Positions 1-8,808 are shown, counted from the stretch's first letter. The stretch is 20,387 nucleotides of DNA from a candidate division WOR-3 bacterium (GCA_039803745.1 JBDRZD010000033.1:1-20387), one strand, 5' to 3'. Made by a program: numbers and translations. Notes: generated from the letters alone by a model not told the origin.

Positions 1-5
1 CAAAT

Positions 6-1364
6 CTATTTTTTTCTTCTTTTCAGGGATACAAATATTCCAATAAAGCATAAAATACTGAATACTAAAAAGGAGACCTTTGAACTTTTTAAAAATAAAT
101 AAAAATTTTCTTGAACAATTTTTTTACCACCTATATAAAATGTTAATAAAAGTGTAACAAGTGCCATACTGAACATCTGCCCTAAAACCCTCATTGTTGC
201 AAGCATTCCAGCAGAAACACCATAAAATTTTTTATCAACTGAACTCATGACTGCATTTGTATTTGGAGAAGCAAATATTCCAAGTCCAAGACCAAGAAGG
301 ATTAGATTTAAAATTATTAATAAAATTTTAGTATTATTTTCTAAAAATGTAAATATCAAAAGGGAAAGGAATGTTAAGAACATACCAAAGGAAGAAATCT
401 TTGCAGGTTCTATTTTATCAGATATTCTTCCTGCAAATGGAGAAACGAGTGCCATGAAGACAGGTTGACTTAAAAGAATTATTCCTGTCTCCCTTGGATT
501 TATCCCCTTAATATATTGAAGATAAAGACTTAAAATAAAAGTGACTCCTGCTGTGGATGCATAGTTTATAAAAGTTGCAAGGTTTGAAAAGGAAAACACG
601 AGGTTTTTTCTAAGAAGATTTATATTTAAAATGGGATAATCATTTTTAATTTCAAAGTTTACAAATAAAATTATTCCTAAAATGCCTAATAAAAAAAATA
701 TTATGCCTTTTTTTGAAGGCAATGTTGAAAGACCGTAGATTAGAAAAAGTAAAGTTATTCCGTATATTACAGCACCTTTAATATCAAATTTTTCCCTTTC
801 ACTATTTTTAAATTCCATTTTAAAACTTAAAATAAGATAAATTGCTGTTATAAAAGAAAAAATTGAATTAAAAATAAATATGCTTCTCCATCCAAATTCC
901 TTTGTCAAAATTCCTCCTAAAAAAGGTCCTAAAGAGAGTCCTGTATAAACAGATGCTGAATTTATCCCGAAGGCTTTTCCCCTTTCATAAGGAGGAAAAA
1001 CTTCTGTTAAAATTGCAATTCCCATTCCAAATATCATTGCTGCACCAATTCCCTGAATTATCCTTAAAAAGATTATAACATAGGGATTTGAAGAAAGGGA
1101 TAAAAGAAAAGAAGAAAATGAATAAATTATAAGACCTGATAAAAATACTTTTCTTCTTCCATATATATCTGCTATTTTACCTGAAGGTAAAAGAAATATT
1201 GAAACTGAAAGCAAATAGGATGTTGCAATCCATGCAAGAAGTGAGGCAGAAATAGAGAGTTCCTTTCCCATAATTGGTAATGCAACATTTATTGAAGAAC
1301 CCATAAAAGGTGTTATAAAAGAGGACATACAGGCGATTATAAGAATTGAAATCTTATTTTTCAT
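6..1364 (-). CDS. MFS transporter, DHA2 (EmrB/QacA-like) drug:H+ antiporter family
   Basis: 452 aa with many hydrophobic segments. MFS motif A (SGKIADIYGRRK, repeated as AGRISDK), motif B-like LRIIQGIGAA, motif C-like GLSLGPFLGGIL, N-terminal SSINVALP. Start overlaps the upstream stop (ATGA, 1361-1364). Confidence 0.93.
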   Translation of the reverse strand: MKNKISILIIACMSSFITPFMGSSINVALPIMGKELSISASLLAWIATSYLLSVSIFLLPSGKIADIYGRRKVFLSGLIIYSFSSFLLSLSSNPYVIIFLRIIQGIGAAMIFGMGIAILTEVFPPYERGKAFGINSASVYTGLSLGPFLGGILTKEFGWRSIFIFNSIFSFITAIYLILSFKMEFKNSEREKFDIKGAVIYGITLLFLIYGLSTLPSKKGIIFFLLGILGIILFVNFEIKNDYPILNINLLRKNLVFSFSNLATFINYASTAGVTFILSLYLQYIKGINPRETGIILLSQPVFMALVSPFAGRISDKIEPAKISSFGMFLTFLSLLIFTFLENNTKILLIILNLILLGLGLGIFASPNTNAVMSSVDKKFYGVSAGMLATMRVLGQMFSMALVTLLLTFYIGGKKIVQENFYLFLKSSKVSFLVFSILCFIGIFVSLKRRKK

Positions 1365-2389
1365 ATATTATTTTTTAATTTATTAAGAAATTCTTTTATA
1401 GTATATAAAATATCTTCTGCGAATAAAAAAATTATTCTAAATGGGGGTGATAAAATGGGAAAAAGAAAAGATAAAAAAGCAATTTTCGGAAAGAAATTTG
1501 ATTCCGTTTCAGCATTTGCTTTTCTTTTTAAATCACGATAAATTACATCAAGATAGGGACCTGCTTTCTCTGCCCCAAGTTTTTTTATAAAAGTAATTGC
1601 AAGTTCATCTTCCGGAGAAAGAATCCTCTTTTTTCTTTTTTCAATAAATTCTTTAAACTCACTTATTTTACCTTTTTCAAACCACATACCATAACAGACA
1701 GGACAAATAAATATGCCTTCAATTTTTAAAACTGGATTTATGAATTTCCTCATATCCTTTTTACATACAGGGCATTTTGGTATATTATGGTGAATCTGAA
1801 AGTTAATCACTTCTTTTTCATCTATATTTAATACATTTTCTTTATCAACTGAATATGCTCCTCCTTTTGAAAAAAATAAACCGCCACAATATTCGCATCT
1901 TTTAACATCCAGATTTTTCCCAAAATCATTTTTTATTTCGTAATTTTTTAAAGTATTTCCATCAAAAGGACAATTGAGTTCTGCTGGAGAATATGCTTCA
2001 AATCCTTTGTGTATTTCATCTAAAAAAGTAATTGCAATTAAAGATTTTACTCCTCCATATTCAGGTGATAATTTTTCCATTTCTGGAAGCGCCAATTTTA
2101 TTGTTTTACCCGGAATAAAAATGCCTTTGCATTTTTCACAGTGAAAGGCAGATGAATTAAGAGGAAATAATTTATGAACAAATTCAGTCATATCTGAGTC
2201 ACAATTGGGACAGGGAATTTTATATTCTTTTTCCTCTTTTTGAGTAATCAAGTCAATTTTTGTAATTCTTTCAAATTCATCTTTATCAAAAAATATTCCG
2301 CCACACTCAGGACAATGATCTATTTCTATACCTATGATTTTTGTTTTTAATAATTCTCCATGACCCCACGGACATTTTCTTTTTTTCAT
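1361..2389 (-). CDS. Protein with four tandem zf-TFIIB-like zinc ribbons and a C-terminal hydrophobic segment
   Basis: Four units of CPxx...CxxCxG(I/L/M)(F/W): CPWGH..CPECGGIFFD, CPNC..CEKCKGIFI, CPFD..CEYCGGLFF, CPVC..CPVCYGMWFE. ATGA overlaps with both neighbours. Confidence 0.8.
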   Translation of the reverse strand: MKKRKCPWGHGELLKTKIIGIEIDHCPECGGIFFDKDEFERITKIDLITQKEEKEYKIPCPNCDSDMTEFVHKLFPLNSSAFHCEKCKGIFIPGKTIKLALPEMEKLSPEYGGVKSLIAITFLDEIHKGFEAYSPAELNCPFDGNTLKNYEIKNDFGKNLDVKRCEYCGGLFFSKGGAYSVDKENVLNIDEKEVINFQIHHNIPKCPVCKKDMRKFINPVLKIEGIFICPVCYGMWFEKGKISEFKEFIEKRKKRILSPEDELAITFIKKLGAEKAGPYLDVIYRDLKRKANAETESNFFPKIAFLSFLFPILSPPFRIIFLFAEDILYTIKEFLNKLKNNI

Positions 2390-2838
2390 TTCAAAAATTT
2401 CAATAAAAGTTCAACAGCACTTTCTGGATCATCCACCTCAATACCTATATCAATTTTAAAAGGCACTTTAATTTTTATTAATGGTTTATTAATTTTGCCA
2501 CAAATTGCAAGTTCCATAAGTGTTCCATATTCACCATCAATAGCAATAACTCCATCAGAAGATTTAACTATTATTATATTTCTTGCCATACCCATTCCTG
2601 TAACTATAGGAATTTTTACCCATTTATTACTTTCTTCTTTTGATTCACCCGGCAATATACCTATTGTAAGACCACCTGCCTCATAGGCGCCTCTGCATGC
2701 AGCCTCCATAACGCCACTTAAACCACCACATATCAATATATTACCACTTTTAGCAATATTTTTACCAACTTCATAGGCTATATCATAGATTTCTTTTGAA
2801 CAAACTGAGCCACCTATTACACCGATTAATTTTTGCAT
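2386..2838 (-). CDS. TIGR00725 family protein (SLOG/LOG-like nucleotide-binding Rossmannoid fold)
   Basis: Motifs IGVIGG, ICGGLSGVMEAACRGA, GGLTIGILPG, TGMGMARN and DGEYGTLMELA are typical of this family. Confidence 0.9.
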   Translation of the reverse strand: MQKLIGVIGGSVCSKEIYDIAYEVGKNIAKSGNILICGGLSGVMEAACRGAYEAGGLTIGILPGESKEESNKWVKIPIVTGMGMARNIIIVKSSDGVIAIDGEYGTLMELAICGKINKPLIKIKVPFKIDIGIEVDDPESAVELLLKFLK

Positions 2839-2844
2839 TTTTTA

Positions 2845-2850
2845 ATTATA
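2845..2850 (-). promoter_or_regulatory. -10 box (TATAAT) 6 nt upstream of the TIGR00725 ATG; probable leaderless promoter
   Basis: Plus-strand ATTATA at 2845-2850, ATG at 2838, no Shine-Dalgarno in between. Confidence 0.6.
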
Positions 2851-2860
2851 ATCTAAAAAA

Positions 2861-3151
2861 TTATATCATTTCTATTTTTTTTATTCTATCAATTCTAAAA
2901 CTTCTCCATTCATTTCTTAAATAACAATAGGCAATTATTTTGCCATTTTCTATCTTTTCAGGTTTTATAACCCTTCTTGTCTCTTTACCCTTTGAATCAA
3001 CATATTCAATTTCTAATTTCTTTGATGATTCTATTGCTTTTTTTATTTTTTCAAAAGGATTTAAAACTTCTTCATTTGTTTTTTTAATTCTTTTTTTCTT
3101 TCTTAAAATAACTTTTGAAAGGTCTTCACCAAAAAGTATTATTTTAAGCAT
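2861..3151 (-). CDS. Stand-alone WYL domain protein (96 aa from the ATG at 3151)
   Basis: IKKAIESSKKLEIEYVDSKGKETRRVIKPEKI...AYCYLRNEWRSFRIDRI is a recognisable WYL domain. The ATG at 3151 follows AAGGTG and overlaps the vWA gene stop (ATGCTTAA), so it is preferred over the TTG at 3172. Confidence 0.88.
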   Translation of the reverse strand: MLKIILFGEDLSKVILRKKKRIKKTNEEVLNPFEKIKKAIESSKKLEIEYVDSKGKETRRVIKPEKIENGKIIAYCYLRNEWRSFRIDRIKKIEMI

Positions 3152-4694
3152 ATACACCTTTTGTGTATTCAATTATTTTCTCAGGTATATCTTCAGAATC
3201 TTCAATTAAAAAACAGGGTATTTTATCTTTTAAATCTTCATAAACAGAACTTTCCTTTTCTATCTGAAACAAAACAAATTTATAATTCTTAACAATTTCC
3301 ATAAATCTTTTTCTTATTTTATTCCAGTTATGAATTTCACCATCAGTGATGAAAATTATAAAAATATTATTCTTTAAGTTCTCTTCTATTTTTTTAATAT
3401 CAATATATGTATTACCCCTTTGTGGTGAAAAGAGCAATTTTTTTATTTTATCAATTTCATTATAAGAAAGCCATCCTGTTGAAATTGTTTTAGAACTGAA
3501 GTTTATTAAAGAATATTTAATATAGGGTGCTATCCTTTTTATTTTTAAAAAGTTGAAAATTCCATAAATCCCAATTAAAAGATTATGATATTTCTTGCCC
3601 CATGGCAAAAAACTATCACTCCCATAAGTCATGGAATGGGAAGAATCAACAAGAAACATTAAATCAGGGAAAAAATCTTTAACACCTTTTTTAATAAATA
3701 TTCCTTTTTTAAATGGTTCAACATAAAAATTTATATTATTTTTAAATGGTGAATCTTTATCAAAGAAGGGTCTTTTAAAGTTTATTTCATAAAAGGAATG
3801 ATTCTTTATATCAAAATTCTCTTTTCCATAACTTATAAAGGGAATTTCAAAACCACTTCTTTCATCTGTTTCAATTTCAACATAAGGTGAAATAATTGTA
3901 TAATAAATATCATAAAATGAAGAAGATGAGATAAAAGAGGGTTTTTCTCTCCTTTTTGCCTTCAATTTAATATATTTTTCAATACTTTCATTTGAAGACA
4001 TCTCTTCTTCAAAAAATGATAAAACTGATAAAGGAATCCTCTCGCCTCTGAAATATTTTTTTGAAAAAATTATAAATTCATTAAATAGAAATTTCCAATT
4101 AGCATGATTTTTTAAATATCCTATCCTTTCTTCTTTATTTTCAGGTATATTCCATTTTTTAAATAATTTTTTTACATCCTCAATTATTTCCTCATATTTT
4201 TCTTTATTATTTTGAAAATCTTTAAAGATTTCTTTTATCCTTTTTTCTTCATTCCATAAATACAAATTCAATATTACAAAGAATGAATAAAAAGGTGAAA
4301 AGGAATGAGAAGTTTGTAATTTGAAAAATTCTAATTGCCCCTCATAAGGTGGATTTTTAAACTTATTATAGGTATTCACTATTAAGTCCTCAAAGGCATT
4401 TAAAATATAACCTGAATCTTCTGAATTTTTAAAATTTTTAAAGGATAAATCAAATAATTCATAATGATAAAAAATATCCATCGGACATATTTTCCAGTGC
4501 ATTATTTCATGAAGCAATATATCCTTTATAAATCCATCTTTCCATTTTATTTCATCCCCTATTTCCAAAATAATTTTCCATTTATAAACATCAATACTTG
4601 CTCTTATTTCTCTGCCTTTAATTCTTATAACTTCAATAAAGCCTCCTATAAAATCAAGATTTCTTTCAATATCCTCAAAAATTTTTTCAATCAT
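3144..4694 (-). CDS. N-terminal HExxH metallopeptidase-like domain + C-terminal vWA (MIDAS) domain protein
   Basis: HEIMH followed by NAFEDLIVN (candidate third Zn ligand Glu). vWA MIDAS elements LVDSSHSM, GNT and ITDGE. 8-nt overlap with the upstream AAA gene. Confidence 0.85.
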   Translation of the reverse strand: MIEKIFEDIERNLDFIGGFIEVIRIKGREIRASIDVYKWKIILEIGDEIKWKDGFIKDILLHEIMHWKICPMDIFYHYELFDLSFKNFKNSEDSGYILNAFEDLIVNTYNKFKNPPYEGQLEFFKLQTSHSFSPFYSFFVILNLYLWNEEKRIKEIFKDFQNNKEKYEEIIEDVKKLFKKWNIPENKEERIGYLKNHANWKFLFNEFIIFSKKYFRGERIPLSVLSFFEEEMSSNESIEKYIKLKAKRREKPSFISSSSFYDIYYTIISPYVEIETDERSGFEIPFISYGKENFDIKNHSFYEINFKRPFFDKDSPFKNNINFYVEPFKKGIFIKKGVKDFFPDLMFLVDSSHSMTYGSDSFLPWGKKYHNLLIGIYGIFNFLKIKRIAPYIKYSLINFSSKTISTGWLSYNEIDKIKKLLFSPQRGNTYIDIKKIEENLKNNIFIIFITDGEIHNWNKIRKRFMEIVKNYKFVLFQIEKESSVYEDLKDKIPCFLIEDSEDIPEKIIEYTKGVYA

Positions 4695-5982
4695 TTTTTA
4701 AAAAATAATGAAGGAGTGGATTTTTATATTTACTCAAAATTTTTTCAATTTTCTCTTTATCCTTAATATTTAAAAGGTTTCCCTCTTCCTTTGCTATATG
4801 ATTTATTTCATAAATTATTCTTTTTATAAAATTCCAGTTTTCTTCAATCATGTCTAAATCCCCTTGGGCAAGTTTTCCTTCAAAACTTTTTAAGAATAAT
4901 TCTTTTAAAACTTCTTTTTTCTCCTCAATTTTCCTTTTAATCATTCTCCCAATTTCCATTGAAGCAAGATATGCATCACCCATATATTTTGTTTCAATTA
5001 AATAATTGTTTATAATTCCATTAAATGGGGAAAGAAAGGAAAAACTCTCAATTATATCAATATAATCAACATATTCTTTTTTTATTCCTTTAAGTTTTAA
5101 ATAAAGATTTTTTGCCTTTGAAAAGATATTTAAATTTTTTATGAATCTCATACTCGGTGGAAAAATATAACCACATCCCTCTCCAAGCCTGTGGCATCCC
5201 TCACATATTGAAGGTATGGAATTGATTGATATTCTTTTTGAATTGAGTTTATTTTTTTTACAAAAATCAAGCCCGTATCTTAAATAAAGAATGGAAATTA
5301 TTGCATCAAGTGTAAGTTTAACATTTTCAATTTCTTTATTAATTTTTTTAAATAGTTCAACATAATTCCCGTTCCTCTTTATTTCATATTTATTATTCTC
5401 AATTATTTCAATTACATCTAATGGGTCAGGATTAAAATAATCAACATTTATTATTAAAGGGAACCTGTCAATTATTGAAGAATCCATATCAAATATTCCT
5501 GAATACCTTATAATCCCCCCTTTTCTTTCATAGTTTGCAGTTGCAAAAGTGATATGGTATCCATTCCCCAAAATTATTTTTTTATTTTCAAATTCAATGT
5601 ATCCATCAAGAATATGAAAAAATTCATTCTGGATAATTTCCGGAGCCCTGTTTATTTCATCTATCATTGTAAAATTTGCATCCTTAATCTCTTTCAATTC
5701 AAACTTAAATTTATCTATATTAAATCTTTCAAAGATTTCTTTTAATTTCATATCAGGTCTTGCCCTTATATATATTCCCTTTTCATCAAAATAAATTGAG
5801 TTTATCTCATGGAGTAATACTGTTTTCCCTTCGCCTCTTTCTCCTATTAAAAGGGTATTCAATTTTCCGATAAGGGCAATCTTGATGATATCAGAAAGTG
5901 TTAAATTTTCTTTAAAATTCCTTATAACTGTGCTATTTCTATATATCTTTAAATCTTCTATTTCAAAAATTTCATTTTTCAT
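4687..5982 (-). CDS. MoxR-like AAA+ ATPase with a Cys-rich insert
   Basis: Walker A GERGEGKT, Walker B TMIDEINRA, sensor-1 FATAN, Arg finger IIDRF. The adjacent vWA partner is typical of the MoxR clade. Confidence 0.88.
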   Translation of the reverse strand: MKNEIFEIEDLKIYRNSTVIRNFKENLTLSDIIKIALIGKLNTLLIGERGEGKTVLLHEINSIYFDEKGIYIRARPDMKLKEIFERFNIDKFKFELKEIKDANFTMIDEINRAPEIIQNEFFHILDGYIEFENKKIILGNGYHITFATANYERKGGIIRYSGIFDMDSSIIDRFPLIINVDYFNPDPLDVIEIIENNKYEIKRNGNYVELFKKINKEIENVKLTLDAIISILYLRYGLDFCKKNKLNSKRISINSIPSICEGCHRLGEGCGYIFPPSMRFIKNLNIFSKAKNLYLKLKGIKKEYVDYIDIIESFSFLSPFNGIINNYLIETKYMGDAYLASMEIGRMIKRKIEEKKEVLKELFLKSFEGKLAQGDLDMIEENWNFIKRIIYEINHIAKEEGNLLNIKDKEKIEKILSKYKNPLLHYFLKND

Positions 5983-5988
5983 ATTTTA

Positions 5989-6034
5989 ATTATAGTAATC
6001 CTCAGTGACAAATTCTGTCATTTTTCTTTATAAT
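5989..6034. promoter_or_regulatory. Divergent promoter region with two TATAAT boxes and a central TGACA-N5-TGTCA inverted repeat (putative operator)
   Basis: Minus-strand TATAAT at 5989-5994 (6 nt before ATG 5982). Plus-strand TATAAT at 6029-6034 (6 nt before ATG 6041). TGACA at 6006-6010 and TGTCA at 6016-6020. Confidence 0.7.
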
Positions 6035-6040
6035 ATAAAA

Positions 6041-7012
6041 ATGAAATATACATCAAAAATTCAGAGATTTAATGAATTTATAAATTTATTAAAAAGAGGC
6101 AGATATGGATTGGAAGAATTAAAAGAATATCTTGAAATAAGTGAAAGAACAATTTTCAGGTATATAAAAGAACTTAAAAATAGAGGAATAACTGTAAATT
6201 ATGATGATTTCACAAAAAAATATTATATTGAACAAAAAGAGAATATAATTCATATTTATCCTCTTGAAATAATCTTTACTGAAAAAGAATTAAATGCCCT
6301 TTATTTTGCCTTTGATTTTTTAAAAAAGAAAAAAAATTTCCCATTAATTTCTGAACTTGAATCATTTATAAAAAAGATTGAAGAATATAAGGGGAATATT
6401 GAGTATAAGAGTATATTTGAAATTACAAGTTTTGTTTTCCCTTCTGATTTAAAGGAAAAATATGATTTAATAAAAGAAGCAATAAATGAAAATAGATATA
6501 TTGAATTTTATTATTATGGTTCAAAGGAAAAAAAGGAGATAAAAAGGAAGGTTGCTCCATGGTTTTTAATACATGCCTTTGGTAAATGGTATTTAATAGG
6601 TTATTGCACTTTAAGGGATGAGATGAGGACATTTGATTTAAAAAAGGTAAGGAATATTAATAAAACTGATGAACTATGTTATGATGCAATAATTGGAAAG
6701 GATTATAAAGAATTTGTAAAGGATATGTTTGGACCATGGAAAGGAGAAAAAGAAGAATGGGTGAGCATTTTTTATGACAGGGAGGTTGCAAATTATATTA
6801 AGGAAAGAAAATTTTTTCAAGATTTCAAAATTGAAGAATTTGGTGATGGTTCAATAAGATTAAAAATTAAGGTTTCTTATCCAGAAGCAGTTTTATATTA
6901 TCTTGTTTTACCATTCCATTTTCATGCGGAAATTGAATCACCAAAATATTTAAGGAAAAGACTTATAAATTATTTAGAAAGAACATTGAATAAATATAAA
7001 AAGGAAAAATGA
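6041..7012 (+). CDS. HTH-WYL-WCX transcriptional regulator (YafY/PafBC/DriD-like)
   Basis: N-terminal wHTH (LEELKEYLEISERTIFRYIKELK), WYL domain (KRKVAPWFL..GKWYLIGYC..RTF), C-terminal WCX-like region (AEIESPKYLR). ATG 6041 is preferred to GTG 6005, which lies inside the promoter palindrome. Confidence 0.92.
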   Translation: MKYTSKIQRFNEFINLLKRGRYGLEELKEYLEISERTIFRYIKELKNRGITVNYDDFTKKYYIEQKENIIHIYPLEIIFTEKELNALYFAFDFLKKKKNFPLISELESFIKKIEEYKGNIEYKSIFEITSFVFPSDLKEKYDLIKEAINENRYIEFYYYGSKEKKEIKRKVAPWFLIHAFGKWYLIGYCTLRDEMRTFDLKKVRNINKTDELCYDAIIGKDYKEFVKDMFGPWKGEKEEWVSIFYDREVANYIKERKFFQDFKIEEFGDGSIRLKIKVSYPEAVLYYLVLPFHFHAEIESPKYLRKRLINYLERTLNKYKKEK

Positions 7013-8034
7013 ACAAAATAGTTTTATCACTTATAATAATTATTGGTTCTTTTCTTTTAGGTTTTATATTTGAAAAATTCATTTTAAGATTTTTAAAGGA
7101 AATCGCAAAAAAGACAAAATGGGAAGGTGATGAAATTATAATAAAATCCTTAGAAAAATGGATAATAATATGGTTCACATTGATAGGTATTCATATTACC
7201 CTCTTTATAATAAAAATAAAACCAGATGTTTTTAATGTCCTTCACAAGTTATTAATTTCCATTTATATTCTATCAATCACAATAGTTTTAATAAATATTG
7301 CGTCAGGCTTTTTAAAAATTTATACAGAAAAATTAAAAGAAGCCTTACCCTCTGTTTCAATTCTTGAAAATATAATAAAAATATCAATTTTAATAATTGG
7401 TCTTCTTGTTCTTTTAAACTTTCTTGGAATCTCAATAATCCCGATAATTACAGCCCTTGGAGTTGGTGGAATTGCTATTGCTCTTGCACTCCAAGATACA
7501 CTCTCAAACTTATTTGCAGGATTCCATATAATTCTTTCAAAGCATATAAGACCGGGAGACTATGTAAAACTTCAAACAGGTGAAGAAGGGTATGTTGTGG
7601 ATATTACATGGAGAAATACAACAATAAAAAGTTTATTAAATAATCTTATAGTTATACCAAATTCAAGATTGTCATCAACAATTTTTACAAATTATCATTT
7701 ACCTGAAAAAGAGATGAGTCTTATAATCCCTGTAACTGTTAGTTATGATAGTGACCTTGAAAGGGTTGAGGAAGTTACAACTTCTATTGCAAAGGAAGTT
7801 TTAAGAGAAATTTATGGTAAAGAAGATGATGAAGTTTTTATAAGATACAGTTCTTTTGGTGAATACGGTATAAATTTTAATGTAATAATTAATATAAAAG
7901 AGTTTTCCCAGCAATATTTAATAAGGCATAATTTTATCAAAAGGTTATACAAAAAATATAAAGAGGAGGGAATTGTTATCCCCTATCCTGTGAGAAAGAT
8001 TTATATTGAAGAGAAAGAAAAATTCAAAGAATAA
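7009..8034 (+). CDS. mscS: Small-conductance mechanosensitive channel (MscS family)
   Basis: N-terminal TM helices. ALGVGGIAIALALQDTLSNLFAG, IRPGDYV, GYVVDITWRNT, IPNS and GIVIPYP are MscS signatures. ATGA overlap with the WYL regulator. Confidence 0.93.
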   Translation: MNKIVLSLIIIIGSFLLGFIFEKFILRFLKEIAKKTKWEGDEIIIKSLEKWIIIWFTLIGIHITLFIIKIKPDVFNVLHKLLISIYILSITIVLINIASGFLKIYTEKLKEALPSVSILENIIKISILIIGLLVLLNFLGISIIPIITALGVGGIAIALALQDTLSNLFAGFHIILSKHIRPGDYVKLQTGEEGYVVDITWRNTTIKSLLNNLIVIPNSRLSSTIFTNYHLPEKEMSLIIPVTVSYDSDLERVEEVTTSIAKEVLREIYGKEDDEVFIRYSSFGEYGINFNVIINIKEFSQQYLIRHNFIKRLYKKYKEEGIVIPYPVRKIYIEEKEKFKE

Positions 8035-8801
8035 TTGATGCATTTATTCCAGTCTTCTTTATAAAATTTTCTTATTTTTTCAAGTTCTTTTTTTTCAGGA
8101 AAAATATTTTTATAATTTATTAAAAAGTCAGGTATATATTTTGAAAGGTATAAAATTGGGTATCTGATAGGGTAAACGATAAAATATTTTTTTAAAAATC
8201 CTCTTGGTCTTAAATCTATTCTTGATGACAATTTATAGAAAATATTTAATTCCTTTTCGCCATAGGATGAATGTCTTTTTTTGAAAGAAATCTTTGATTT
8301 ATCATAATCTGCCCCAACATATTTTGCAATTTTATCTAAAAACCTTTCCGGATTATTTTTAAGTTCATCATAGATAAGAACAAGAGGCTTTTTCTTAAAA
8401 TTCTTTTCAACAAACTTTATTTTTTCATAAAAATATAAATCATCTATTTTGAAATACCCTGTATTTTCAAAATTAAAGAGTTCACTAAATTTTATTCTTC
8501 TTCCATTTTTAATCATCCTTTTAAATTGAGAATAAAGCCATTCATCCTGTCTCCTTAAAACAAGAATGATTCCCGCATCAGGAAAATCCTCTTTAAACCA
8601 TAAAAGCATCTCCTCAAATCTTTCATCACATTCCCTTGAAACAAGAAATTTACCTTCTCCCTTTTTCTTTATAATTTCCTTTGATTTTTTAAATTTTGTC
8701 ATCGGAATATAATTTATATTCTTTAACTTTGGAAAGAAATCAAATTGAAGATATTTTGTTCCTGTTTTTCCAAGTCCTGCATGAAAATAAACTTCAAGCA
8801 T
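8001..8801 (-). CDS. Sulfotransferase-family P-loop protein
   Basis: N-terminal HAGLGKTGTKYLQ (5'-PSB-like loop), LVLRRQDEWLYSQF (3'-PB-like) and LIYDELKNNP. The 3' end overlaps mscS convergently by 34 bp. Confidence 0.75.
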   Translation of the reverse strand: MLEVYFHAGLGKTGTKYLQFDFFPKLKNINYIPMTKFKKSKEIIKKKGEGKFLVSRECDERFEEMLLWFKEDFPDAGIILVLRRQDEWLYSQFKRMIKNGRRIKFSELFNFENTGYFKIDDLYFYEKIKFVEKNFKKKPLVLIYDELKNNPERFLDKIAKYVGADYDKSKISFKKRHSSYGEKELNIFYKLSSRIDLRPRGFLKKYFIVYPIRYPILYLSKYIPDFLINYKNIFPEKKELEKIRKFYKEDWNKCINYSLNFSFSSI

Positions 8802-8808
8802 TTATTAA

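Noticed and set aside
3152..3172. TTG start giving a 103-aa WYL protein
   Set aside because: The ATG at 3151 has an SD-like AAGGTG and a typical coupled overlap with the vWA stop.
6005..6040. GTG start extending the WYL regulator by 12 aa
   Set aside because: It falls inside the palindrome and upstream of the -10 box; ATG 6041 fits the leaderless pattern seen at other genes.
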